From contig NIVC01000567.1 in assembly GCA_002269645.1 (NCBI GenBank), positions 1-64,000 on the forward strand: DNA of 64,000 nucleotides, in the 5' to 3' direction. The notes beneath the pieces were generated by a model. The model was not told the DNA's origin, ran no database searches, and was given only the letters and a program-made list of their open reading frames with translations. This document shows, in pieces, positions 1 to 12,228 of this stretch. The stretch is from Macrostomum lignano. Taxonomy: Eukaryota. Within the stretch, counting starts at the first letter, position 1, and the number at the start of each line of letters is the position of its first letter. A program made the position numbers and the translations under genes.

Positions 1-1
1 A

Positions 2-3000
2 TTTTCTGGCGGCTTGGCAATTGATCTTCTGGACAGGCCAATAGATTTCTCTCGCGATGAAGTGCCCCCACTGCAACCATCCAATCTTCTTGCTCTTCGT
101 GCTCATAAGTTGGCTGAGCAGCAGATTGCGCATTTGCGTTGGTCATTTCGGGTAGCTCCGCAACTGCTTCGACTTCTTCGTCAGCTTCGTCGTTGCGCAA
201 ATCGTCCAAATTGGGCAGCTGCAGCTCGCATCGATTCTCAGCAGGCATGGCTTCGTACGCTTGCTGCCAGCTTGTGTGCAAACCTTTGGCTTCTCGCTCA
301 TTTCGCCAACAACTGTACAACAAAACCTGCTGCCGATAATAGCCTTCGCGTCTTTCGTCTGATTGCTCATTCGGTCGAAAAAATGGACTGATTAGCAAAA
401 CTACTTGTTTCGGCCTTTTTGTGCACCTCCCATTAGGGCTGAGACAGTAGTCGGAAAAGAAACGAAACATTGTTACATTTTCCAAATTCTTTGCACGCTT
501 TGAATACTTGTCGCAACTATTCCTGCAAACACCCTTTTCCTCCACTGCGCGGGTTTCGCCAGTCTGAACAAAAACAAATTCTCGCGAACCCTTGTACATT
601 GACGTCTGCAATAGCAAATGCATTGCCTCTTGCGCCGAATAATCACGCGCTCCAACTTGCGCCATCAAGTGTTGTTGTACAACACGCCTTGCAGTGTTGC
701 TACGCTGAAAATTGTTATCGGCATTCTGTTCTGCATTATCTTCCAACTCCTTATGAAGACGCTTTGTCAGCTCCGCCATATAATCCGACTCCTTTTCGCT
801 TTTTGTCGCATACTTGATCAAATAGCGAATCAAATTCTTCACGGACGAAATCATTTGAACATCGACATTGGCTCTCCACATGCACAGCAACTGCGGACTG
901 TGAGAAATCATTCGCTCGTCGTTGCGCTGCGTCTCAACTTGCCAATTTAAACGGGATACTCGCTTTGCAACAGTCTTTTCCTGCGGCTCGCGCGGATACT
1001 TGAATCGGCACTCTTGTTTGCCTTTTACTGTTCGCAAGCACTTTTTACTGCAAATAGTGTGCCTCTCTGTCAAATGCGAAATTAACTGCAAATCTTGCTT
1101 GTCATTTTCAATCTCTTCCGGTTTCAGTTGAGCTGGATGACCTTGACCTGCTAAACTGCCATTCAAAACTTGATTTCCATAATCCGATTCGTCCATGGCC
1201 AAATTCCAACTACAGATGTACTTGTCAACAAAGCTCGTCAATTCTTCTGCATTCAATGTATTCGATGTCACATCAACACCATCTGGCATCCAAATGCAAC
1301 CGTGAACGTGTGGACTTCCGCGACTCTGATATTCTATGCGAAACCAATAATCGTTTACTTTCCAGTGCTCGACCAAAAAACGTTTCAAACATGTTTCAAA
1401 TCGCAACCAAAACACAGTGTCTGCCATTCCGGGATCTTTTTGCAACTTTGACAACATTTCTGCTCTTAGTTCTACATTGCTTTCATATTGCTCTGCATCG
1501 ATTCCCCAGGCATGCTGCAACTCTGGCCAATGTACATCTGCTGCCGATAGTGTCACGAAAAAATGAGGAACACCAAGCGTTCGAATCATGGCTTCCAATT
1601 GCCGTCCTTTACTCTGCCAATAAGCGCTTGTGCCTCGCAAATCTGATGCTCGAACTGACACGCTAGCCAATACTGCCGGGTCATTTAGTGCTTCAATCAT
1701 TTCCTTGGCACTTAATCCAGCATACTTGTTGTCGTGTACAAACACGCGACCAACTTCCAGCGCCCTCCAACGCATCACCATATTTTCAATGTAAAATTTA
1801 AACCGCAAATCGGTACGAAATCTTGGACACCGGAATTGCATCAAATGCTTTGCATAGTCGCCCAAACTTAGTCCAAAATTACGTGGCGTACTATAATCTC
1901 CTGCTCCATCCGGAAAGAGATGAGGATAAGCCAATGTAAAATATCCTTCATCCTGAAATTCGTTTACCGGCTCGTTGCTTCTTGCTGGCCATTTCAATTT
2001 TTCACTCAAAAATTTGTCTCGTACTGCCGATTCCAATCGACGCAAAGGAGTCTCCAACAGCGAACTAATTGTTTCCTCGAGCTCGTTCGTCTCGTCCGCA
2101 TTTTTTTCTACTTGTTGCTGCAATCGCTCAGCTCTGGCTGAGCCGCCTTCTTGCTGTGCCGCCTCGAAATTCACTTCATTGTCAGACTGCATTTCGACAA
2201 TCATACCTTCTACTTGATGAGCATAACCATCTTCAGGCAGATGTAGCAACGCATCATTATTCATTGAAACCTGATACTGTCTAAAGTACTTGTTGTTTGC
2301 CATTAAATAGCGCATCGCATTAGTCACTTTGTCGCGTCGAACTCGCAAATTGTTCATTGTGCCGCTTTGCGCTTCTCCAGGCTGAACACGGGCTCTTTCG
2401 TCGTACATTAAAACAACTGGCAGAGATCGTCTTGGCAGCTCTCGCAAAACGTGCGACTGATCTTGAGGCAACATGATTCCGTGTCCTCTCGATTTTGTTT
2501 GCTTTTGGGGAAAAATTTGTACCACAACAATAACCGACAAAACTGGCGAAATCAACATTTGCTCTGCTACACTCAAATCTTGCAAATCTTCTGGCTGCTC
2601 CAACATCGGAATCGCATTGTTTTCTTGGCTAAACGATTTCGGCTCATTGTCATCTCTGAAACAACGATCGCACATGTCTTCAGAATCGATGCTAAAATAT
2701 TTTCCAGGAAACTTTTCCCTACACACGTAGCACTGTTTCAAATGTGATACTTTTGTTATGTTTTCATTGAAAAAGTCTTGCCTCATCTTTTTGAACTGGT
2801 CTGTGAACGGATTGCGAAGGCACTTTGGCAGATTAGGATCTCCGATTTCATCTTCAACAATTGGAGCATCTTGAGCGCTCTCTTCTGAAGTGCTGCTCTG
2901 CGGAACATTTTCTTTAGCTGGCTGCTGCTCCATTGTAGGCCGCTTTCTGGGTGACGAACGGATCGCTTCATCAGGCTTCTCCTGAGTAGCACGTGTCTTT

Positions 3001-3356
3001 CGTGGTGATGAATACGTAGAAGTAGCTGGAATATTATCAGACTGACGTTTATCTTGCTGCTCCTGCTGCAAAGGTGCCGTCTTCCTAGGCGACGATCGAA
3101 CGGGTTCGCAGATATGATTTTCTGCGTTTGTCAATCTCTGTTTCCGTGGTAAAGAATTTGCATAGTTGACCACTTGCTGCTGGTTTTTCAAACGCTCGCT
3201 GCGACGAGTAGGAGCACTTGGTACAACGTCGCTCTTCTTTTCTCGACCTCTTCCTTTCCCTCCACAAATGGCAAGAAACGCTTGAAACCGCCGAAACTGA
3301 GTCGCCACAACCGATGCAACTGCAACATGGTGCTCTCCGAGTGCGACTGCTTCTTC
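2..3356 (-). CDS. Helitron-family Rep region (Cys-rich DUF6570-like segment + HUH/Y2 rolling-circle initiator), partial, open to the window edge
   Basis: Stop-free frame from 3356 to 2 (first in-frame ATG 2933), absent from the ORF track because it has no stop inside the window. Motifs: CYVCREKFP...CDRC (~2735-2660); PVNEFQDEGYFTLAYPHLFPDGAGD (~1970-1900); LRGTSAYW (~1640-1617); FVTLSAADVHWPEL (1559-1518); RGSPHVHG (HUH, 1322-1299); CRFKYP; WRANVDVQ; YLIKYATK (Tyr 824-822 and 812-810); GARDYSAQEAMHLL; REGYYRQQVLLYSCWRNE. Confidence 0.95.
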
Positions 3357-5839
3357 TCAATAAGCTCTGACCAGATACACTAGAGGCTGCAACAGACACA
3401 GACTCTAATGTGTTTGCTTTAGCGCTCAGTCGACTACTCCGACGCGTAGCGCAACTTGCCTTCCCAACATCCTTTTTACGCCGACTGCGCCGCGGAACAT
3501 TTGATGGCACGGACTCTGACACACGATCACTTTTAACTGACTCTGACACATGCTCAATTTCAACTGACTCTGCGCTATCCTCCGCGTCAAGATCGACATT
3601 CCAATTCCAGACAGAGTTGTTCCGATCCCGAAGCACTTCATATGAATTCGGATGCGCAAACAAACTCGTATTATTTTCCAAGGACTTTGCTTGATTTCTA
3701 CAACGTCCCTTCCAATGCCTACTTTGAACTCGGGTCCAGTCTGCAACCTTTTCAAAAGGCGTCATTGGTGGAGCTGGAGGTGGCATCATTACAACAGGAT
3801 CTTCGACAACATGAACATTCTCGTTGAGAGGGGGCATTTCCACATTCTTGGCGCTCAAATCTCCTTGGCCAGTCGGCCGAACTGAGCTTGCTTCATTAAC
3901 TTCCAAATCATTGACACGAACGATTTCGTAGTGTTGACTACCAGGATTAAACAACAATCGAATAGTAGCCAAACGTTCTCCAATATTCGGTCGGGAATAA
4001 TGGCCAGGCCGCGCTAGATTAAGCATGTTTGACTGATAAATAAACACTTCTAGCCGCAACAGTTCACCAATTAGTTCTGGAACTCCGCATGGCACGTACA
4101 TACGGGGACGCCTTGTATCGTCGCGCACTTTTTCCCAATTCAGTCCTGTTTGCATAATTCTTTCCTGATTATTGACATCGCGATGCACCCATTGCTCGAA
4201 TTCTGCAGCAACCGCATCTCGAAAATCTTCTACGCTTAGCGATTGATAGGCGGAAAAACCTGGCAGTTCTTGTAATTGTCTCAATATGGCCGTGAAAAAA
4301 CAGTTGCCGTCACCTCGTACATTCTCAACGCGACACGAAGAAAAAGGAACCCATACAGGTTGGACTTGTACAGCAGCAGTTACATGACCTTCGGCAAAAT
4401 CCATTGCAGTAGCACCTGTTTCATCTGTAAAAGAATACAACTCTTAAACAGTGAGGTATGATAATTTTAAGGAATTGAGCATTAATTGTATTTTGCACAA
4501 GTCGTAAACACTAAAATCTAATTTTCAATATTCGCAAGCAAAGTCAGATGTAAGAAAGAAAATTAACTTGTACTATGCATAGAAATTCAATAAAAAATAA
4601 AACTCTCACCAGCACTCAAGTAGCCTATAAGTTGCTCATTGTAAGCAGCACCAGAATTGGGCACTTCAGCATCACCTTCGACCACGGGGTATTCCGAAGC
4701 AGCCAGAGCGTCGGCCAGAGCAGCATCATGTTCAGCTAGCAGGGCAGCCAGACCAGCCTCGTCCAGCTTAATCACAGACTCAGTTTTAGCAGCAGCATCA
4801 GCAGAAGCACCAGCTTTAGTCCCAGCAGCGGCAATAGAAGAGGCAGCAGCAGCTTCCGGTTGTACATCTGGCTCTTGAATCTGTTCTTCGCCAGCAGTTA
4901 AATCACCGACAGCAGCAACTTTAATATTATTCTTGGAGCGGCTCCAGTTTTTCTTCTTCGGCCGTCCGCACTTTTTCGCACCTGTTTAAAGTCACAGTAA
5001 AAAAGAAATTTATAAATCTACCTATATATATATATATATATATATGTCTGTCCATCTATTTCGCTCTAGAGCGTGCCATTCTTGATCAATTTTGATAGCG
5101 TTTTTTCTAAACTATTGCAGATTTTGCACTGATTATACAGTGGTCAAAATTTCTTAAATCTGCTCAAATTCTAAGGGTGTTAAACATTCGAAAATAGAGT
5201 TTCTATAATTATTTTAATGATCTGTCAAACAAGGTCAGATTCCAATTGAATTTATTCCCTTTGTCGAAACTATTCAGTCGAAACTACTCAGTCGAAACTA
5301 TTGAGTTCACACTATTCAGTCAAAACTACTCAGTCAAGATTATTAAGTCTAAACTATTCAGTTGTAACTATTCAGTTGAAATTATTCTGTCTGTCAAAAC
5401 TATTCAGGCGAAACTATTCAATCTAAACTATTGAGTGTGAACTATTGATTTGAGCTGCGTCAGTTAAGAGTTTGAAAAATTCACATTTTTAGACATCTGA
5501 AAAACACTTTTTTACAGAATTACCTGTGAACTATTCAGTGTGAGTTATAGTGTGAACAATTGAGATTTATTGTTTGGTAAATAAATTGTGTAGTGCAGGA
5601 ACTTTTTAGTTTGTCTGTTGCCCAAATGGGCAGCCAAGAATGCTAGTAAAAGCTGGTTTCCTAAGGTGTGAATATTAATAATAAAGGTAGGATTGCTTTG
5701 AAACTATTCCTGAAAGTAGCACCTATCACCTGCAAGTTGCAACAAATGTACAAAACTTACTATTGGCAGCAACAGAAGAAGCACTTGTATCCTTGTTAAT
5801 GCTAGTGTTGTCCTTGATGCTGTTTTTGTCGTTGCCCAT
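3085..5839 (-). CDS. N-terminal spliced part of the Helitron gene, copy 1: AT-hook-like motif + OTU cysteine protease; frameshifted relative to the Rep frame
   Basis: Exons 5839-5761 (ATG; donor GTAAGT at 5760), 4981-4610 (acceptor AACAG, donor GTGAGA) and 4424 onward (acceptor TTTTACAG). Both introns are phase 1 and join in frame: MGNDK...AANS-AKKCGRPKKK...YLSA-DETGATAM... OTU motifs: GDGNC (Cys 4302-4300) and QHYEIV (His 3933-3931). Four extra nt at ~3258-3265 relative to copy 2 shift it out of the Rep frame, giving a stop at 3085. Confidence 0.85.
5266..5445. repeat. Short degenerate tandem repeat (~13-14 bp, AAACTATTCAGTC-like) in intron 1 of the Helitron gene; duplicated at ~11655-11834
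   Basis: About 10 imperfect copies visible (aaactattcagtcg, aaactactcagtcg, aaactattgagttc...). Confidence 0.7.
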
Positions 5840-7332
5840 CCTGTCTAAATAAACATGTTAGTAAATATTTCAGAATGATAAAGAAACTAATTAGCTAAAC
5901 ACAGAAAACATGCTACTCTTTACCAAGTTAACTCAACTCTTTTCTGGTGGCAAATTTAGTTAAACTACGAACACTAGCACTGCTACTGGATTGTGGATTA
6001 ATATGCTGCAGCATAATATACTGGCATATAGGCGGTGTGTGCCATGTAGTTTTTGTGCTTTCAACATTTTTTCTTGGATTTAGTGCATATTTTCTAGAGT
6101 TTTTTCAGGCATATTCCATGTTTTTGTACATGCTTCTAGGAATTCTATATCAGCAAAAAAACATCCCTTGGTAAAAATTCACCATAAACTAAGTGTCTAG
6201 CACTTTCAAGCATTGCTTGATATAAGGAGCATTGGCATGTATATATTGTCTAGCAAAAATGCTAAATTTATAATAAATTGAGCAGAATTTATAAAAAGTG
6301 TCCACAAACTTCTACCATTAAGCAGAGTACTACAGATATTTGTACTATGCTAAACATATGAAGAAATAAAAAGAATACTTACTTCAAAACTAAAGTCTTA
6401 AGTCAAAATTATGCAAACAAAAGGAAAATTCAAGTTAAATTTGACTGATAACTACAAAATAAAATGTGAAAGGATGAGTACTTTTAAAAGATATATGTAA
6501 ATATGACTATAATTTATAAAAATATGGAGCAAAAAGCAAAGCAGAGAAAAAAAACGTAAATATTTGGCAGAATACAATTAATTAGCTATAAAATAATATT
6601 AAAGTACTATACTTCAGTTATATTTCAAATAAAATTTGAAGCTTACACTTACAGTGTAAAACTGATAACAATTGAATATATTACAATTAAAACTTGTACT
6701 TGTAGAATATAATATATTGTACAATAATTATATATAATGTAGTAGGATACGAATAAATAGCGTAACAAAACCGAATATTATAGCTACAGATTGAAGCTTG
6801 AAAATATTTCAGATTTAGATAGCGTTTGCTTAGATAAGTTGCTTTGAAAATTTGGGGTCAAATTTGTCCTACAGCAATAAACTACTGTTAACATAACCGA
6901 TTTAAATTTAAATTTTTGTAGAAATTATAAGGAACAGAACGACTGAAATGTACAGTTTAATTATTTCAAAATTAAATAATTTCGAATTCTATTTTACCTT
7001 ATTGCTTTCTTCAATTAAATTTTGTTATACAATTTATAAAATGCCTATTTTCAAAATATACCTCAAAAAGTAAGTTCAACAGCTTTAAAAATGCGCACGT
7101 TTTTACACTTCACGGCTCCAAAAAGTCACCATAGAAGATTTTTGCAGGACGCAAGACTTTTTACGTTACAAAATAGCACTTTTATGTGCATTTTTTATTC
7201 AGTTTCAAAAGGCTTTTTAGTTACCTATTTGGTATTTTTTGTTTTAAAGATTTTTGCGAAATCAGGTCATTTTAACTTGTTACGAAACTGTGGACCCACA
7301 CTTTTACGCAACGCAATGCGCATGATGTCATC

Positions 7333-8400
7333 TTAAAGCACTTGCTAAATGCTATTTATTGACACTACACTGAAGGCCTGGCGTAGGATAGTTAATAAAT
7401 GGCAGCGTGAAATATAGCAAAAAAACGCATAGTACCGGAACCTCGTAATTCGGTAAAATGTTAATAGCGTCAAAATACGAATTTTCGCACACTAACGAAG
7501 ATGGCAGTCATCTGTACGTGTTTACTGGGCACAATAGTGCTCTTGGAAGCTAAGAACCTCATAGCGAAAATTAATATATTTTCCGCCCTATGTAGTGCTC
7601 AAATGGGTTGTTTTTGCACAAAATCACGTTTTTCGATTTTGAGAGTCAATTAAAAATTTTTTTTGCAACTGACAGACGTGAATGTCACTTTTTCTGAGAG
7701 TATTCATCTAGATGTTTCTAATAAGTACTAATATGGGTCATTCTTATGCTTCACCTATCCTTAGTATAGGTACAAAGTCATTATTTCATTTCCAGCAAGT
7801 CACGTGACCTGGCCTGAGGTGTACAACGCATCGTGCAATGCCAGCGAACATACACTCAAATTAAAGCACTTTTTAAATGCTAACTATTGACACCACACTG
7901 AAGGCCTGGCGTAGCATCGTTAATAAATGGCAGCGTGAAATATAGCAAAAAAACGCATAACACCGGAACCTCGTAATTCGGTAAATGTTATTAGCGTAAA
8001 AATACGAATTTTCGCACACTAACGAAGATAGCAGTCATCTGTACGTGTTTACTGGGCACAATAGTGCTCTTGGAAGCTAAGAACCTCATAGCGAAAATCA
8101 ATAAATTTTTCACCCTATGTGTGCTCATATAGGTTGTTTTTGCACAAAATCACGTTTTTCGATTTTAAAAGTCAATTATAACAAAATTTTGCAACTGACA
8201 GACGTGAATATCATTTTTTCTGACAGTAGTCATCTAGGTGTTTCTAATAAGTACAAATTTTGGTTCATTCTTACGCTTCACCTATCCTTAGTATAGGTAC
8301 AAAGTCATTATTTCATTTCCAGCAAGTCACGTGACCTGACCTGAGGTGTACAACGCATCGTGCAATGACAGCGAACATACATTCAAATTAAAGTACATCT
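7333..8400. repeat. Diverged ~528-bp tandem repeat (2 copies plus the start of a third) in the element's 5' region; duplicated at ~13722-14789
   Basis: Units start TTAAAGCAC at 7333 and 7861, and TTAAAGTAC at 8388. Shared blocks such as CACTGAAGGCCTGGCGTAG and GTCACGTGACC occur in each full unit, with scattered substitutions. Confidence 0.9.
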
Positions 8401-8946
8401 AAAATGTAGTTCAATGACACCAAGCGCGTCGCGCTCCGGTAATCCGCTCAAAAGTTACAGGCTAAAAAGTATGTTCGATATGCAAGCCCCCCGTACCGTC
8501 GTTAAAGTACATTTCTGTACCGGCAGCGACTTCAATAAACTAAGACGAAATTTCAAAATATACATATTGTGCGCAATTTAGTTGTGCACCTTGCCTAAAA
8601 AGTCTGATTTTCCTAGCATGTCGTCGTTTCTTATTTTTTGTACATTTGTATCATGAAAAATACATAAAAATAGCCTAAATCACGTTTATCGACTTTAGCA
8701 GTGTATGGCTCAGAGTCAGTGCAACGAAACGGCTCAAAATGTATTATAAACATGTAGATCTTACCTAAATGACCGCATTCATGTACTTTTTAGAGTCTCG
8801 CAACAAGGTTGAATTTCCTTTATTTCGGTTCGAATACCTACCCGTCGAATATTCGAATGTAATTAACAGGTGCGAATGTACAGTTAAAGTGAGTATCTTG
8901 GTTAAAGTCGTGCGTCATGTAAGAGTCCCAGGTGCCATTGTTAGAA

Positions 8947-8994
8947 TGACGCAGCTCAAAGGTCGCGCTGACGCGCGACCTTTGAGCTGCGTCA
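8947..8994. other. Perfect 22-bp stem hairpin with 4-nt loop; second copy 15336-15383
   Basis: TGACGCAGCTCAAAGGTCGCGC-TGAC-GCGCGACCTTTGAGCTGCGTCA. Confidence 0.95.
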
Positions 8995-9281
8995 GTTGAA
9001 AGTTGATAAAAATGCGCATTTTTTGACACTTAAAAAACACACTTTTACAGAATTACCTATCAAGGTAAGCATTTAGCGGAAAATAACCAATCAGTGTCTT
9101 GAAGGTCTGAAAATTCGCCAAAAGTTGGGTTCAATCAATTTTTGACTCCATATTGTGAATCCTTATTTTTTGAGATTCAAGATTTGGACGGGTCTAAAAA
9201 AAGTCACTTTTTTGTTGCCATGGCAACCAAGACGCGTTGCTATGGAACTTTCACGTCACACATCTTGTAGCCCTAAATGTT

Positions 9282-12228
9282 TTACGTCCATAGAGGGGTC
9301 ACACATGGTTTCATCTCAAGTGGTTTTAACTCTGCATCAATTTTATTTTCTAAAACGTTGATTTTACGTTGGGGGAGTCTCCGGGACATCTTATCTCGGT
9401 CTCGTTTGTCCGGAAAAATTGCCAACGAGGAGCGAAGCGAGCGAAGGCGACGGCACTGCTGCAAAGGTGCCGTCTTCCTAGGCGACGATCGAACGGGTTC
9501 GCAGATATGATTTTCTGCGTTTGTCAATCTCTGTTTCCGTGGTAAAGAATTTGCATAGTTGACCACTTGCTGCTGGTTTTTCAAACGCTCGCTGCGACGA
9601 GTAGGAGCACTTGGTACAACGTCGCTCTTCTTTTCTCGACCTCTTCCTTTTTCCAAATGGCAAGAAACGCTTGAAACCGCCGAAACTGAGTCGCCACAAC
9701 CGATGCAACTGCAACATGGTGCTCTCCGAGTGCGACTGCTTCTTCTCAATAAGCTCTGACCAGATACACTAGAGGCTGCAACAGACACAGACTCTAATGT
9801 GTTTGCTTTAGCGCTCAGTCGACTACTCCGACGCGTAGCGCAACTTGCCTTCCCAACATCCTTTTTACGCCGACTGCGCCGCGGAACATTTGATGGCACG
9901 GACTCTGACACACGATCACTTTTAACTGACTCTGACACATGCTCAATTTCAACTGACTCTGCGCTATCCTCCGCGTCAAGATCGACATTCCAATTCCAGA
10001 CAGAGTTGTTCCGATCCCGAAGCACTTCATATGAATTCGGATGCGCAAACAAACTCGTATTATTTTCCAAGGACTTTGCTTGATTTCTACAACGTCCCTT
10101 CCAATGCCTACTTTGAACTCGGGTCCAGTCTGCAACCTTTTCAAAAGGCGTCATTGGTTGAGCTGGAGGTGGCATCATTACAACAGGATCTTCGACAACA
10201 TGAACATTCTCGTTGAGAGGGGGCATTTCCACATTCTTGGCGCTCAAATCTCCTTGGCCAGTCGGCCGAACTGAGCTTGCTTCATTAACTTCCAAATCAT
10301 TGACACGAACGATTTCGTAGTGTTGACTACCAGGATTAAACAACAATCGAATAGTAGCCAAACGTTCTCCAATATTCGGTCGGGAATAATGGCCAGGCCG
10401 CGCTAGATTAAGCATGTTTGACTGATAAATAAACACTTCTAGCCGCAACAGTTCACCAATTAGTTCTGGAACTCCGCATGGCACGTACATACGGGGACGC
10501 CTTGTATCGTCGCGCACTTTTTCCCAATTCAGTCCTGTTTGCATAATTCTTTCCTGATTATTGACATCGCGATGCACCCATTGCTCGAATTCTGCAGCAA
10601 CCGCATCTCGAAAATCTTCTACGCTTAGCGATTGATAGGCGGAAAAACCTGGCAGTTCTTGTAATTGTCTCAATATGGCCGTGAAAAAACAGTTGCCGTC
10701 ACCTCGTACATTCTCAACGCGACACGAAGAAAAAGGAACCCATACAGGTTGGACTTGTACAGCAGCAGTTACATGACCTTCGGCAAAATCCATTGCAGTA
10801 GCACCTGTTTCATCTGTAAAAGAATACAACTCTTAAACAGTGAGGTATGATAATTTTAAGGAATTGAGCATTAATTGTATTTTGCACAAGTCGTAAACAC
10901 TAAAATCTAATTTTCAATATTCGCAAGCAAAGTCAGATGTAAGAAAGAAAATTAACTTGTACTATGCATAGAAATTCAATAAAAAATAAAACTCTCACCA
11001 GCACTCAAGTAGCCTATAAGTTGCTCATTGTAAGCAGCACCAGAATTGGGCACTTCAGCATCACCTTCGACCACGGGGTATTCCGAAGCAGCCAGAGCGT
11101 CGGCCAGAGCAGCATCATGTTCAGCTAGCAGGGCAGCCAGACCAGCCTCGTCCAGCTTAATCACAGACTCAGTTTTAGCAGCAGCATCAGCAGAAGCACC
11201 AGCTTTAGTCCCAGCAGCGGCAATAGAAGAGGCAGCAGCAGCTTCCGGTTGTACATCTGGCTCTTGAATCTGTTCTTCGCCAGCAGTTAAATCACCGACA
11301 GCAGCAACTTTAATATTATTCTTGGAGCGGCTCCAGTTTTTCTTCTTCGGCCGTCCGCACTTTTTCGCACCTGTTTAAAGTCACAGTAAAAAAGAAATTT
11401 ATAAATCTACCTATATATATATATATATATATATGTCTGTCCATCTATTTCGCTCTAGAGCGTGCCATTCTTGATCAATTTTGATAGCGTTTTTTCTAAA
11501 CTATTGCAGATTTTGCACTGATTATACAGTGGTCAAAATTTCTTAAATCTGCTCAAATTCTAAGGGTGTTAAACATTCGAAAATAGAGTTTCTATAATTA
11601 TTTTAATGATCTGTCAAACAAGGTCAGATTCCAATTGAATTTATTCCCTTTGTCGAAACTATTCAGTCGAAACTACTCAGTCGAAACTATTGAGTTCACA
11701 CTATTCAGTCAAAACTACTCAGTCAAGATTATTAAGTCTAAACTATTCAGTTGTAACTATTCAGTTGAAATTATTCTGTCTGTCAAAACTATTCAGGCGA
11801 AACTATTCAATCTAAACTATTGAGTGTGAACTATTGATTTGAGCTGCGTCAGTTAAGAGTTTGAAAAATTCACATTTTTAGACATCTGAAAAACACTTTT
11901 TTACAGAATTACCTGTGAACTATTCAGTGTGAGTTATAGTGTGAACAATTGAGATTTATTGTTTGGTAAATAAATTGTGTAGTGCAGGAACTTTTTAGTT
12001 TGTCTGTTGCCCAAATGGGCAGCCAAGAATGCTAGTAAAAGCTGGTTTCCTAAGGTGTGAATATTAATAATAAAGGTAGGATTGCTTTGAAACTATTCCT
12101 GAAAGTAGCACCTATCACCTGCAAGTTGCAACAAATGTACAAAACTTACTATTGGCAGCAACAGAAGAAGCACTTGTATCCTTGTTAATGCTAGTGTTGT
12201 CCTTGATGCTGTTTTTGTCGTTGCCCAT
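9282..12228 (-). CDS. Copy 2 of the spliced N-terminal Helitron gene (OTU protease), truncated before Rep; predicted 660 aa
   Basis: Exons 12228-12150, 11370-10999 and 10813-9282 (offset +6389). Stays in the Rep-compatible frame (CHLEKGRGREKKSDVV...PLQQ), then crosses the duplication junction at 9456 and ends in the terminal sequence of copy 1. Cys 10691-10689 and His 10322-10320 are intact. Confidence 0.75.

Noticed and set aside
14-2992. Many short plus-strand ORFs in the track
   Set aside because: Antisense shadows of the long minus-strand Rep frame; no motifs of their own.
7331-8400. TTAA|AG starts of the 528-bp units as Kolobok/piggyBac-type ends
   Set aside because: No inverted partner end; the units are direct repeats.
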